A stretch of DNA of 64,000 bases from Candidatus Pacearchaeota archaeon (GCA_038740375.1 JAVYLW010000004.1:28067-92066); one strand, 5' to 3'. Counted from the stretch's first letter, positions 52,608 through 63,040 are shown. Numbers and translations: made by a program. The notes: generated from the sequence alone by a model not told the origin.

Positions 52608-53210
52608 ATGATAAATAAGAAAAAAGCACAATCTGAAATTATTACAGTAATACTAATAATTCTTTTAGTTCTTGCTGCTATAGTGATTGTCTGGCAGGTT
52701 GTTAGCAGAACTATCGCAACCACTAGAGAAAAGATTTTAAACGAAGAATCTTGTGTTGGTTTAAATTTAAGAGTTGTTTCTGCTTCTGCACCTATAGGAA
52801 ATTGTCTATATAAGGATGCAGTAGGTAAGGACTGCCCTGATGTTAATGAAAAGGTTTCTGGCATTCCTAATGGAACAGATTGTAAGGATACTGCAATTAA
52901 TTTAGAGTACGGAAAAACTTGCGATTTTGATAAGTGGGAAATAGATCTAAGTAATCCAAATAACAATGGAAAAGTTGTAGTGCAAAGAGAAAGCGGAACA
53001 TCAAGTGTTGAAGAGATAGAACCAGTATTACTTATTAATGGACAATTATCTCCTGTAACTTTTGATCCTAAAAAAATTAAAACTCTTGAAACAGCTACAG
53101 CAAAAGGAGGACCTTTAAACAATGTCGCTAAAGGAGATAGTGTTAAAGTTGCAGCAAAAATGTATAACGGTAATTTATGTGCTGAAAGTTTAGAAATTAA
53201 ATTTAATTAA
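52608..53210 (+). CDS. Archaeal type IV pilin-like protein (class III signal peptide)
   Basis: 200 aa. MINKKKAQ/SEIITVILIILLVLAAIVIVW is a basic n-region followed by an A/Q-type prepilin cleavage context and a hydrophobic helix. The mature part is Cys-containing and Gly/Thr/Asn-rich. The gene is visibly GC-richer than its surroundings. Confidence 0.7.
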   Translation: MINKKKAQSEIITVILIILLVLAAIVIVWQVVSRTIATTREKILNEESCVGLNLRVVSASAPIGNCLYKDAVGKDCPDVNEKVSGIPNGTDCKDTAINLEYGKTCDFDKWEIDLSNPNNNGKVVVQRESGTSSVEEIEPVLLINGQLSPVTFDPKKIKTLETATAKGGPLNNVAKGDSVKVAAKMYNGNLCAESLEIKFN

Positions 53211-53489
53211 ATTTTTATTTTATTTTTTTATAATTTTAATTTAACATTTTTATTTAATGTAATTAGAATAATAAATTATATTTTATTCTTATAATGAGAA
53301 TTACTTGAATTTTACGGGATTTAGTTAATTTTAATATAACAATATAAAAAGATTAGTTATATTCAAACAAACCTTATATTTTTAAAATATTAAAAAATAA
53401 AAATATTCTTTGAAATTTTAGTTTTTTAACAAGAGCATATTTTTAAGACATTAAGTCATGTTTAAAAATATACATTTTTTATTTTTTAT

Positions 53490-54878
53490 ATGAAACTTCC
53501 AAAATCTAATGAAATAAGAAAACCATCTAAGACTTTAGCAGGTGTTACTCCTATTGCAGTTATGGTTAAACCAAAAAAATGCAAACACGGAACTTGTTTA
53601 TATTGTCCTTCACTTTCTGTTCCTCAATCATATACTCCTAAATCTCCTCCTGTTTTACGAGCACTTAGATATAATTATGACCCTTATCTTCAGGTTGAAT
53701 CAAGATTAAAAGCCTATAGTCTAATGAATCATCCTACTGACAAGATTGAAGTAATTATAATGGGTGGAAATTTTTTAGATTATCCAATTTTCTATCAAAA
53801 AAATTTCATAAAAAAAATTTATGATGCTTTAAACAAAAGAAAATCAAAAAATCTTGAAACTGCTAAAAAATTAAATGAAAAAGCAAAGCATAGATGTGTT
53901 GCATTATGTATTGAATCAAGGCCTGACACTATTTTAAGAAAAGGTGTTATTAAAAGAATACTTTCTTATGGTTGCACAAGAGTTGAATTAGGTGTTCAAT
54001 GTCTTGATGATAAAATCTATAACTTTGTAAATAGAGGACATTTTGTTAAAGATGTTGTTTTTGCAACTAAATTGTTAAAAAATAGTGGATTTAAAATAGG
54101 ATATCATATGATGCTTGGATTACCAAAGTCAAACCCGAAAAAAGATATTTCTATGTTTAGACTTCTTTTCAAAGATGATAGATTTAAACCTGATCAACTT
54201 AAAATATATCCTTGTCAAGTAATTTCTGGAGCAAAGCTTGAAGAACTTTATAAAAAAGGATTGTATAAACCTTATTCACAAGAACAAATTGAAAAAATTC
54301 TTAAAAAAATAATGTTAATTATTCCAAATTATTGCAGAATAATGAGGATAATGAGAGAGATTCCTCCTGAATATTTAACTGCAGGAGTTATTAGAATTGA
54401 TCTTCGCCGTGATTTTGATTCAGCAATGAAAAATTCTAAAATTTCTAAGAAAATAAAGGAAATTCGCTTTAGAGAAGTTGGATTTACAATCAGAGATTCT
54501 AATAAAAAAATAGATGAGAATTTAAAGTTAAAAATAACAAAATATACTGCTTCTGATGGAGAAGAATATTTCTTAGAATTCATAAATAAAGATAATATTT
54601 TATTTGGTCTTTTAAGGTTAAGAATTTTTGATAACAATGCAATTATTCGAGAAGTTCATGTTTATGGAAAATCGCTTGCCATAGGAGAAAAAGCTAAATT
54701 TTTAGGCCAACACTCTGGACTTGGAAAAAAACTTATTTTTAAAGCTGAAGAAATTTGTAAAAAAAATAATATTAAACTTCTTAAGGTTATTTCTGGAGTA
54801 GGTGTTAGAGAGTATTATAAAAAACTTGGTTATAATTTAGATAAAAAAGGAATTTATATGGAAAAAACTATAGAGTAA
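53490..54878 (+). CDS. elp3: Elp3-family radical SAM/GNAT protein (tRNA U34 modification)
   Basis: 462 aa. The Cys cluster is in KKCKHGTCLYCPS. A radical SAM barrel is present (IMGGNF, RVELGVQCLDD, GYHMMLGLP), as is a C-terminal GNAT domain (REVHVYG...QHSGLGKKLIFKAEEI). Confidence 0.85.
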   Translation: MKLPKSNEIRKPSKTLAGVTPIAVMVKPKKCKHGTCLYCPSLSVPQSYTPKSPPVLRALRYNYDPYLQVESRLKAYSLMNHPTDKIEVIIMGGNFLDYPIFYQKNFIKKIYDALNKRKSKNLETAKKLNEKAKHRCVALCIESRPDTILRKGVIKRILSYGCTRVELGVQCLDDKIYNFVNRGHFVKDVVFATKLLKNSGFKIGYHMMLGLPKSNPKKDISMFRLLFKDDRFKPDQLKIYPCQVISGAKLEELYKKGLYKPYSQEQIEKILKKIMLIIPNYCRIMRIMREIPPEYLTAGVIRIDLRRDFDSAMKNSKISKKIKEIRFREVGFTIRDSNKKIDENLKLKITKYTASDGEEYFLEFINKDNILFGLLRLRIFDNNAIIREVHVYGKSLAIGEKAKFLGQHSGLGKKLIFKAEEICKKNNIKLLKVISGVGVREYYKKLGYNLDKKGIYMEKTIE

Positions 54879-55050
54879 ATTTGAATAATTTATTATTTTA
54901 TATAATAAATTGCGTTTAATATAATATTTAAGAAAATTTCAATCTTTTAATTATTATAAATTTATTTAATTTTCTAATTTAATTATAATGTTAAATTATA
55001 TATTCTAATTTACAAATATATTTATAAATTATTTTTATTATCACTTGAAA

Positions 55051-55653
55051 ATGGAAACAAAAAATTCAAATGAAAAAAAATACGAAAAATTAGAGGATTT
55101 TAACCTAATTTATATTGCTGATGTTGTAAAAGAAGAAATTCCAAAGACAATTATTGGTAATCTGATAAAAAGATATCCTGAAAAAGTTATAAAGAAAAAA
55201 CTATTTAGAAAAAAAATGATTTATAATCCTGAATTAAGTGAAGAAGTAATTCAAAGATTTAAATATGGTGAAAATATGGTAGTTATTGACGGTATAGTAT
55301 ACAGAAAATTTGTAGATTCTGATAAAGGAGAAGTATATTATGACGGTTCTTATGATATGACTTCTATAGTTAAAGAAGCATTAGATACTCCTGAAATTAA
55401 AGAAACTTTGCAATTTTTGAAAAAAAATATAGGAAATCCTGTTGTTTCAAAAGAATTGTTAAAATTATCTGGATTTAAACCAATTTCAAAAGAATCTTAC
55501 AAAGTTTTTTTATTCTTAAAAGAACAAGAACCAAAATCTAAAAACCTAAGATCTTCAAAAATTTGTTTATCAATAGTAAAAGGTGAATCTGAATTTACGC
55601 TTGATCTTGGATTTTTAAACTATTATGTTTATGGAAGAAGAGCAATGATTTAG
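55051..55653 (+). CDS. Hypothetical protein
   Basis: About 200-aa ORF. The start is placed at the ATG at 55051 rather than the TTG at 55045. I recognise no motif. Confidence 0.4.
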   Translation: METKNSNEKKYEKLEDFNLIYIADVVKEEIPKTIIGNLIKRYPEKVIKKKLFRKKMIYNPELSEEVIQRFKYGENMVVIDGIVYRKFVDSDKGEVYYDGSYDMTSIVKEALDTPEIKETLQFLKKNIGNPVVSKELLKLSGFKPISKESYKVFLFLKEQEPKSKNLRSSKICLSIVKGESEFTLDLGFLNYYVYGRRAMI

Positions 55654-55987
55654 CACTTATAAAAATGCTTTATCATTTTAATGATTATTATTTTTATGAT
55701 TTATAAAAAATTTATAATTAAAATTTTTAGATAAAAATTTTTTAATTTTTAAAAAATTTCTAATAAACTTAATTTATAAAATTAATATAAATGTCTATTT
55801 TAATAGGTTATAAATAATGTATCCTATTTTATTAGAAAAAATGTTTTAAACAATTTAAATTTAAAAAATTTAAAAATTATATAATAAATTACTTTTTTAT
55901 TATATCTTTTATTTATGTAAAAATATAAAAAATGAAAATATTTTTATTTTTGATATATTTTTAAATGTTTTTTTGTTTTTATTTTAT

Positions 55988-56686
55988 ATGACAGAATCAA
56001 TAAAAATAATATCTGCTAAAGAATTTTTAAAAAAATATAAAAAACCTGAACAAAAAAAAGTTTGGGATAATATTTCTGAACCGTGGGAAGAATTTAGAAA
56101 TAAACCAGTCTCTATTATTTCAGATTTTTTAAAAGATAAAAAAGGTCTTGTTGTTGATTTTGGATGTGGAAATGCTAGAAATATGATTGCTAATAATAAT
56201 CTAACTTATTATGGAATTGATTTTTCTTCTAAACAAATTGAAAATGCTATTTTTAGAACAGAAAAAGAACACATTAATGCTATTTTTTTTCAAGAAGATA
56301 TATCTAAATTGAATAAAGAAATCTTTAAGGATGAGATGTTTGATTACGGATTATTTGTTGCAACTCTTCATTGTCTTGATACTCCTCAAAAAAGAGAAAA
56401 AGCTCTTTTGGAATTTTATAGAATTTTAAAAAGAAAAGGAGAAGCAATAATTACTGTCTGGAACTCTGAAGATTCTAGATTTAATTTAGTAAAAAATCAT
56501 GGAGACATTTACATGTCTTGGAAAAAAAATGGCAAAACATATTATAGATATTATTATCTTTATAATAAAAAAGAGTTTATTTCTCTAATTGAAAGTGTTG
56601 GATTTTTAATTATAGAATTTTACAATAATAATTCAAAAGACAGGTTCGTAAGAAAAAATTGGATTGTTCATGTGAAAAAAGAATAA
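55988..56686 (+). CDS. Class I SAM-dependent methyltransferase (Methyltransf_11-like)
   Basis: Motif I is LVVDFGCGNARN, with GIDFS and LFVATLHCL also present. The start is placed at the ATG at 55988 rather than the TTG at 55973. Confidence 0.75.
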   Translation: MTESIKIISAKEFLKKYKKPEQKKVWDNISEPWEEFRNKPVSIISDFLKDKKGLVVDFGCGNARNMIANNNLTYYGIDFSSKQIENAIFRTEKEHINAIFFQEDISKLNKEIFKDEMFDYGLFVATLHCLDTPQKREKALLEFYRILKRKGEAIITVWNSEDSRFNLVKNHGDIYMSWKKNGKTYYRYYYLYNKKEFISLIESVGFLIIEFYNNNSKDRFVRKNWIVHVKKE

Positions 56687-56730
56687 TCTTTTATAAAAAA
56701 ATTTATAAACTTTAAAAATTAATTTTTAAT

Positions 56731-57192
56731 ATGAAAGACTTAGTCTTGGAGTTAAAAACAAAATCAGGTTCTATGTTTATTTTTGAAAGTTTTTATGGAA
56801 ATAATGGTAAAACTATTGAAGAATCATGGAATTATGTTGACAGAAAAGGCAGAGTTTATCCTCTTGCAAGTGCAATGTATATTTCTCCTGAAACAAAAGA
56901 TGAAGTATTAGAAATGTGTAAAACATTAAACAGATTAAAATTATTCAATCAAGAAAATATTTATAAATTATTAGATTATGTAAGGAAAAAAGGATTTTTT
57001 AATCAAAAAGGTGGATATGTAATTTATGTTCCTAAAGGAGATAAGCCTGATTTGAGATTAGGTCATGAAATAATAGATTATTCCAAAAAAATTGTTTCAG
57101 AAAATTATAATAATAGTTCTTCTAAAAAATCTTTAGAGAATAAAATTAGAGACTCTGGAGAATTAGATTTAGTTAATATTAAAGATATCTGA
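56731..57192 (+). CDS. Hypothetical protein
   Basis: 153-aa ORF. I recognise no motif. Confidence 0.4.
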   Translation: MKDLVLELKTKSGSMFIFESFYGNNGKTIEESWNYVDRKGRVYPLASAMYISPETKDEVLEMCKTLNRLKLFNQENIYKLLDYVRKKGFFNQKGGYVIYVPKGDKPDLRLGHEIIDYSKKIVSENYNNSSSKKSLENKIRDSGELDLVNIKDI

Positions 57193-57340
57193 ATAAATAA
57201 ATTTTAAAAGTATAATTAATATTTCTTAATAATCAAATCATGCATAATTGAATAAATGAGATATATAATTTAATAAAGTATTTTTATAAATTTTGATAAA
57301 AAAAGTTTTATTTTTGCATGAAGAGATATAGACTAACTTA

Positions 57341-58492
57341 TTAATCTATTTTTTCTAATTGTTTTTCTGTTAAATAAGACTCTTTTCCTGTATTCATGTC
57401 TTTTAATTTATATTTTTTCTTTTTAATCTCTTCATCACCTATAAAAATTACTTTTTGAATATTATAAGAATTTGCATAATCTAATGCCTTGCTTGGTTTT
57501 CCAAAAAAAACAGAGCATGAAATATTTTTATTTCTTATTTTTCTTGCTAGTTCTATTGCTAATTTATCTTGATTTAATGATATTATTAAGAATTTTTTAT
57601 TTTCTATTTTTATTTTTGATACAGCTGTTAATCTTTCTATACTTGTAGATATACCTGTGCTTTGAATTCCATTTACTAAATAAGATCCTCCTGCACATAT
57701 TGTTTCTTTGATTTCCTTTGTTTTTATTTCAAAAATATTTCCATTATAATATGAAAGACCTCTTGCCAAAAAAGGACAAAAATTTATTTTTATATCATAT
57801 AATTCACAAGCTTTTTTTAATTCTAAAATCTCTTCATAAGATTTATATTTTTCAAAGAATTTTTCAGGTTTTGAAAAAATTTCTAAAGATTTGTCTGCTT
57901 TTAATTTTTTCAAATTATCATTAACTTCCTCTTTAGGTAATTTATCTAATTTATCAATTTCTCTTATGACCTCAAGTTTTTTGTTTTCAGGAATTTTTAA
58001 TTCTTCTAAGATTTCATTTAATAATTTTCTATTATTTACATTAATGACAAAATCTATATTTAATTTTTTTAATATTTCTGACATTACGTTTAGTATTTCT
58101 GCTTCATCTTTAATTGTTGATCCAACTATGTCTATATCACACTGAGTTATTTGTCTTACTCTATTAACTCCTGTTGGTTCATCTCTAAATACAGGCCCTA
58201 TTTGATACCTTCTATATGGAAGTTTTTTATTTTTAGAAAGCCTTTTTAATTGAAATGTAAATTCATATCTTAAAGCAAGTTTTCTTTTTCCTTTATCTTC
58301 AAGTTTATAAATATCTGAAACTGCTTCATCATTAATATTTTCTCCCTTTACAAATTTTTCTTCCTCAATAATAGGAGTTTCAGCAGGTTCAAAATTATAA
58401 AGTTTAAAAGTTTCAGCTATAATTGATTTTATTTTATCACGTTTTATTGCTTCTTCTCCTGTATAATCTGAAAAACCTTTTATTGGTTCCAT
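57341..58492 (-). CDS. hisS: Histidyl-tRNA synthetase
   Basis: 383 aa. PIKGFSDYTGEEA, LALRYEFTFQLKR, the motif 2 region RRYQIGPVFRDEPTGVNRVRQITQCDIDIVG, the motif 3 region ICAGGSY and a C-terminal anticodon-binding domain are present. Confidence 0.85.
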   Translation of the reverse strand: MEPIKGFSDYTGEEAIKRDKIKSIIAETFKLYNFEPAETPIIEEEKFVKGENINDEAVSDIYKLEDKGKRKLALRYEFTFQLKRLSKNKKLPYRRYQIGPVFRDEPTGVNRVRQITQCDIDIVGSTIKDEAEILNVMSEILKKLNIDFVINVNNRKLLNEILEELKIPENKKLEVIREIDKLDKLPKEEVNDNLKKLKADKSLEIFSKPEKFFEKYKSYEEILELKKACELYDIKINFCPFLARGLSYYNGNIFEIKTKEIKETICAGGSYLVNGIQSTGISTSIERLTAVSKIKIENKKFLIISLNQDKLAIELARKIRNKNISCSVFFGKPSKALDYANSYNIQKVIFIGDEEIKKKKYKLKDMNTGKESYLTEKQLEKID

Positions 58493-58493
58493 G

Positions 58494-58916
58494 TTATTTA
58501 TTTAATTTATTATATAATAAATCTACTTTTTGAATTATTAAGTTTATAATTTCTCTTATGTTTTTTTCATTTAAATACTCTATGTCAGGAATCTTCCAAA
58601 TAATTACTTTTTTAACATAAGAAGGATTATTAAAAATCATTCTTGGTATGTCATTTGCAGTTACTATAATAAGGTCTTGATTACTTAATAATTGTGTTGA
58701 CAAGCCTTTTAGTCTTTTTTTTAATTTTAAACCAAATGTTCTTGCTATTTTTCTTTGAATATTTATAACTTTTTTTTGATATTTATTGAGATGATTTCCT
58801 ATAATCACTCCCGCACTATCTACTCTTATGTTAGGATTTTTATTTATTTTATTAAAATAAGCTTCTGCAATCTTACTTCTAAATAAATTGTGTTTACATA
58901 TAAACAAAATTTTCAT
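58494..58916 (-). CDS. Low-molecular-weight phosphotyrosine phosphatase / ArsC-like protein
   Basis: 140 aa. The N-terminal CX5R(S/T) P-loop is in MKILFICKHNLFRSKIAEAYF. Confidence 0.8.
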   Translation of the reverse strand: MKILFICKHNLFRSKIAEAYFNKINKNPNIRVDSAGVIIGNHLNKYQKKVINIQRKIARTFGLKLKKRLKGLSTQLLSNQDLIIVTANDIPRMIFNNPSYVKKVIIWKIPDIEYLNEKNIREIINLIIQKVDLLYNKLNK

Positions 58917-58950
58917 TTTGCCTCTTTTAAGTTTTAATTAAACTAATACA

Positions 58951-59022
58951 AGCGGAAGGCGTGAATCGAACACGCACCTCGAGAGCCACAGTCTCGCATT
59001 CTACCATTAAACTACATCCGCC
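58951..59022 (-). tRNA. tRNA-His (anticodon GUG) with encoded G-1
   Basis: Minus strand: G-GCGGATGTAGTTTAATGGTAGAATGCGAGACTGTGGCTCTCGAGGTGCGTGTTCGATTCACGCCTTCCGCT. The anticodon arm is CGAGA-CTGTGGC-TCTCG and the T arm is GCGTG-TTCGATT-CACGC. There is one U-U mismatch in the acceptor stem. An extra 5' G precedes position 1, as expected for tRNA-His. Confidence 0.85.
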
Positions 59023-59262
59023 ATATTATACTTAATTTAAGTCTGTATAAAAAACTAACTATTAATGTATATTTAATTATACTTTTTAATAAAAAATTTT
59101 AAGAAAAGATATTTCAAAAAAATTAATAAGTTCTATAAGAGTATTTTTTAAATTTTTATTGTAGGCTATAGATTATAAATATTAATTAATAATTTTTATT
59201 AAATTTTTATTTTTTTATTAATTTTCATTTTATATAATTTTTATTTAAAAGTTTTAACAAGT

Positions 59263-59925
59263 TCATCTTATGTCATTATAAAGATATTGTTCAATCTTTT
59301 TTATTTCTTCTTGATTTTGTCTATTTAGTATTTTTTTAAAAAGAATTTCTCTTATTGCTATTAGCTCAATTGGAGTTTTATTACTTCTTGTTAATCTTTG
59401 ATATAAATTTGATTTTGGTGTTAATCTAAAATTTATAATTGGTTTATCCTCGTAATCAAGATTCTCTTTTTCAAACATTTTTTCTTTTTGAGAACTTGAG
59501 ACTTTGAATTTAGTTCCTCTTAAAATTTTTTTATTAGGTGTATAAATAACTTTTCCAATGTTTATTATTTTATTTGGATTTTGTATATGTCCTGATAAAT
59601 AACCATAAGCAGAGAAAAATAAATCTAAAGGATCTTCATTTCTTCCATAAGATTTTTCTGCAGAAACTTTTCCAATTCCAAATATTTCAATATTTTTATA
59701 TGAAAAGTCTCCATGGCTGTGAAATGTTGAAATAACCTCACCACCTATATAACAACTTATACCATGATTTGTCAAAAAAGATACTAAATTTTCTACAGAC
59801 CTTCTATCTTGTTTTTTAAGCATATGTTTTCTAAAACCTGTAGTTGAAAGTTTTAGAAAATAATCATATCTGCCGTTATTGAATAATTCTAGCATAAGCC
59901 CGTAATCTAATAATTTTAATTCCAT
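59263..59925 (-). CDS. Hypothetical protein
   Basis: 220-aa ORF. I recognise no motif. Confidence 0.4.
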   Translation of the reverse strand: MELKLLDYGLMLELFNNGRYDYFLKLSTTGFRKHMLKKQDRRSVENLVSFLTNHGISCYIGGEVISTFHSHGDFSYKNIEIFGIGKVSAEKSYGRNEDPLDLFFSAYGYLSGHIQNPNKIINIGKVIYTPNKKILRGTKFKVSSSQKEKMFEKENLDYEDKPIINFRLTPKSNLYQRLTRSNKTPIELIAIREILFKKILNRQNQEEIKKIEQYLYNDIR

Positions 59926-60133
59926 TTTTATTAAAAATTATAAATATTTCATTATAAGTTCAATCTAGTATAATCTAACTTAGTATAATCTGATTGTCTA
60001 AACTTAAAACTAATACTATATAAACTTTATTAATAATTCAAATGTATGATAAAGACTATGATATATATTATCAATGAAGATTTTTTATATACAAAAACAA
60101 ATATTTTTTATATTTAAAAAATAAAACTAAATA

Positions 60134-60769
60134 ATGGGTTCAAAATACTTTAGATATTATTTTTTAAAAATATGCCTTATATTGATAATTGTGTTTTTAT
60201 TTGAAATCTGGATTCCAGGATTTGCTGATATGTTTATCTTGACTAAAAGTGCTCAAAATGGAGAATATTGGAGATATTTAACTGCAATTTTCTTACATTT
60301 AAATTTATTACATTTGCTTTTTAATTTACTAGGTTTATTCTTTTTTGGCTGGGCTCTTGAAAAATTAATAGGAAGCAATAGATTCTTAGTTATTTTTTTA
60401 AGTTCTGGAATAATTGCAAATTTAATTTCAGTCAATTTTTACGAAGGAAGTTTAGGTGCTAGTGGAGCTATATATGGAGTTATAGGTTGTTTAACTATAC
60501 TTAGACCTTTAATGTTTACATTTGCTTTTGGACTTATTTTGCCTGTTTTTATAGCTGTAACAATATGGATTATAGGAGACATTATAGGAACAATCTATGG
60601 TTCAAATGGTATTGGGAATATTGCTCATCTATCGGGAATTGGAGTTGGAATATTTTCAGGTATACTTTTTAGAATATTAATGAAAAACGAACTTAAAAGA
60701 ATTAAGAAAAAAAAATTTTATTTTCCTGAAACTTTAATTAGAAAATGGGAAGAGAAATATATAAAATAA
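60134..60769 (+). CDS. Rhomboid-family intramembrane serine protease
   Basis: 211 aa. HLNLLHLLFNLLGLFFFG, the catalytic GASGAIYGVIG (GxSG) and the His in IAHLSGIGVG are present. The protein is polytopic. Confidence 0.8.
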   Translation: MGSKYFRYYFLKICLILIIVFLFEIWIPGFADMFILTKSAQNGEYWRYLTAIFLHLNLLHLLFNLLGLFFFGWALEKLIGSNRFLVIFLSSGIIANLISVNFYEGSLGASGAIYGVIGCLTILRPLMFTFAFGLILPVFIAVTIWIIGDIIGTIYGSNGIGNIAHLSGIGVGIFSGILFRILMKNELKRIKKKKFYFPETLIRKWEEKYIK

Positions 60770-61068
60770 TTTTTAAAATCAGTCTTGTGTTCTTTAAAAA
60801 CATTTTAGTTAAATAGTCAAAAATTATGCTTTTTTTTAGATATTTTGAATAATAACTTTAAAAGAGAAAATTAGAAAAAATATAAAGTTATCTATTATAA
60901 TAGATAAAAATTTATTTTTATCTTAAATTAAATTTTTTTGCATTTTTATTGAGCTGAACAAAAATACTATTATACTTTTATTAAATTTATTAAAAAACTT
61001 TTAATTTTTTCTTGAATATCTAATCTTAATTTTAAAAATAATTTCTTGATATATTTTATATTCTATCG

Positions 61069-61500
61069 TTATCTTATGATTTCTTCAGCTCTGTCAAAAA
61101 TTATAGCTTTTTGTTTATCATCTAATTCTTCATCTAGTTTTGGATAAAAATTCTTATCTTCAAAATTTGCATGACTCCTTAGAAGTTTTTTTAATTCAGA
61201 GATATCAGGTATTTTATTAGCATCTAATTCATCTTCTGTTTTATTTAATAACCAATATATATCTTTATGTTCTTTTAATAATTTTAGAATGTCAATATTA
61301 TCCTCTTCTGAAACTGATTCATAAACACTAAAAATAACTTTTTCTTCTACAAAGAAATGTTTATTTAAATTCCACTTAAATTTGTTAAATAAATTTTTTG
61401 AGTTATCTAAATTTTTTGTTAATTCTCTTTCAAACATACTTAATAATTTCATGATTTGAGCATGATCTTTTAACATTATTTTACAAACTGTTTTTCCCAT
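61069..61500 (-). CDS. Hemerythrin HHE cation-binding domain protein
   Basis: 143 aa. Spaced His/Glu pairs are present: DHAQIMKLL, HFFVEEKVIF, EHKDIYWLL and HANFEDKNFYPKLD. Confidence 0.6.
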   Translation of the reverse strand: MGKTVCKIMLKDHAQIMKLLSMFERELTKNLDNSKNLFNKFKWNLNKHFFVEEKVIFSVYESVSEEDNIDILKLLKEHKDIYWLLNKTEDELDANKIPDISELKKLLRSHANFEDKNFYPKLDEELDDKQKAIIFDRAEEIIR

Positions 61501-61659
61501 ATTTTTAACTTCTCTTTTTTAGTTTAATAATTTTATGTATTAATTTTACTTATTCATTATAAATGAAATTTATTTATTATTAGTAGTGAGAAAGATATTT
61601 AAAGGGTAATTTTTTATTTAAAAGTTATTATAACCTATACAAATTTATTTTGACTTATT

Positions 61660-62820
61660 ATGGTTAAAAAATATTTTATAACATCAGAAAGTGTAACAGA
61701 AGGTCATCCTGATAAAATCTGTGATAATATATCTGATGCTATTTTAGATAACTTAATAGTTCAAGATCCTTATTCTAGAGTTGCAGTTGAGACGTTAGTT
61801 ACAACAGGAAGCGTTCATATTGCAGGAGAAATAACTTCAAGAGGATTTGCTGATTTTCAAACAATAGCAAGAAGAGTTTTAAAAGAAATAGGATATACAG
61901 ATCCAAAATTTGGAATTGATGCTGAAGATGCTGGTGTTTGGGTTTCTATTCATGGTCAAAGTCCAGACATTTCTATGGGAGTAACTGAAACTGAAAATAA
62001 AGATCAGGGTGCTGGTGATCAAGGTATGATGTATGGATTTGCTTGTAATGAAACTCCTGAATTAATGCCATTACCAATAGTTCTTGCTCATAAATTAACC
62101 ATGAGAATGGCAGAAGTTAGAAAAAAAGGAATAATTAAACATTTAGGTCCTGATGGAAAATCTCAGGTTTCTGTTGAGTATCATGATGATAAACCCGTTA
62201 GAATAGATGCTATAGTTATTGCACAGCAACATAAGGAAGAAATATCAGAAGAAGAACTTAGAAAAGAGATTTTAGAAAAAGTGATAAAACCTGTATGCTC
62301 TAATATGATGGATGATAAAACAAAGATTCATATAAATGCAACAGGCAGATTTGTAATAGGAGGTCCTGAGGGAGACACTGGTGTTACTGGAAGAAAAATA
62401 ATTGTTGATAGTTATGGAGGTGTTGGAAGACATGGAGGAGGAGCTTTTTCTGGAAAAGATCCTTCAAAAGTTGATAGAAGTGGAGCTTATATGGCTAGAT
62501 ATGTTGCCAAAAATATTGTAGCTGCAGGTTTAGCTGATAAATGTGAAATTCAGATTTCTTATGCCATTGGAGTTGCAAAACCTACCTCTATAAATGTTGA
62601 TTGTTTTGGAACAAACAAAATACCTGAGGATAAAATTATGGAGCTTGTTGAAAAAAATTTTGATCTTAGACCAAAGGCAATAATTGAGCATTTAAATTTA
62701 AGAAGACCTATATACAGAAAAACAGCTTCATATGGACATTTTGGAAGAAATGATTATGACTTTACTTGGGAAAGAACAGATAAAGCTGAAATTTTAAGAG
62801 AACAAGCTAACTTAAAATGA
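61660..62820 (+). CDS. metK: S-adenosylmethionine synthetase, bacterial/eukaryal MetK type
   Basis: 386 aa. [76 protein letters not shown] and ASYGHFGR are all canonical MetK blocks. Confidence 0.95.
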   Translation: MVKKYFITSESVTEGHPDKICDNISDAILDNLIVQDPYSRVAVETLVTTGSVHIAGEITSRGFADFQTIARRVLKEIGYTDPKFGIDAEDAGVWVSIHGQSPDISMGVTETENKDQGAGDQGMMYGFACNETPELMPLPIVLAHKLTMRMAEVRKKGIIKHLGPDGKSQVSVEYHDDKPVRIDAIVIAQQHKEEISEEELRKEILEKVIKPVCSNMMDDKTKIHINATGRFVIGGPEGDTGVTGRKIIVDSYGGVGRHGGGAFSGKDPSKVDRSGAYMARYVAKNIVAAGLADKCEIQISYAIGVAKPTSINVDCFGTNKIPEDKIMELVEKNFDLRPKAIIEHLNLRRPIYRKTASYGHFGRNDYDFTWERTDKAEILREQANLK

Positions 62821-63040
62821 TAAAATAAGTAATAAAGAATTTCTTATAAAAATTAAAAGATTAATTGAAAGGTATTATTATCTAGTTTTATATTAAAAAA
62901 ATAAAATTTAATCAAGTTTAAAAGATTTAAATTTTTAAAATAACAAATGAAAATCTTTAAAAACAATTATCCACAATTTTAATTAAGTTTTATAAGATAT
63001 TATCTTGATATCAATAGTTTCCTTTTTTATTTTTATATTT

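Noticed and set aside
52604-53122. 172-aa ORF antisense to the pilin-like gene.
   Set aside because: It is open only because this gene is locally GC-richer. The sense frame has a strong SD, an ATG and a textbook class III signal peptide, while the antisense product has no start context or motif.
3550-60435. Many 60-130-aa ORFs in the supplied track lie antisense to, or inside, well-supported genes. Examples are 3550-3741, 4062-4406, 4446-4736, 4546-4749, 7523-7738, 7916-8098, 9994-10179, 10224-10421, 10951-11154, 11245-11463, 12281-12571, 15034-15231, 15074-15283, 19440-19688, 25259-25450, 28126-28500, 32200-32472, 32613-32804, 33390-33590, 34031-34291, 35014-35223, 40607-40993, 40809-41111, 41163-41354, 54329-54637, 57718-57924, 57891-58145 and 60253-60435.
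   Set aside because: Each overlaps a gene with clear family motifs on the other strand. Their translations are low-complexity (Phe/Leu/Ile/Ser/Lys-rich), as expected from the reverse complement of AT-rich coding DNA. None shows a recognisable motif.
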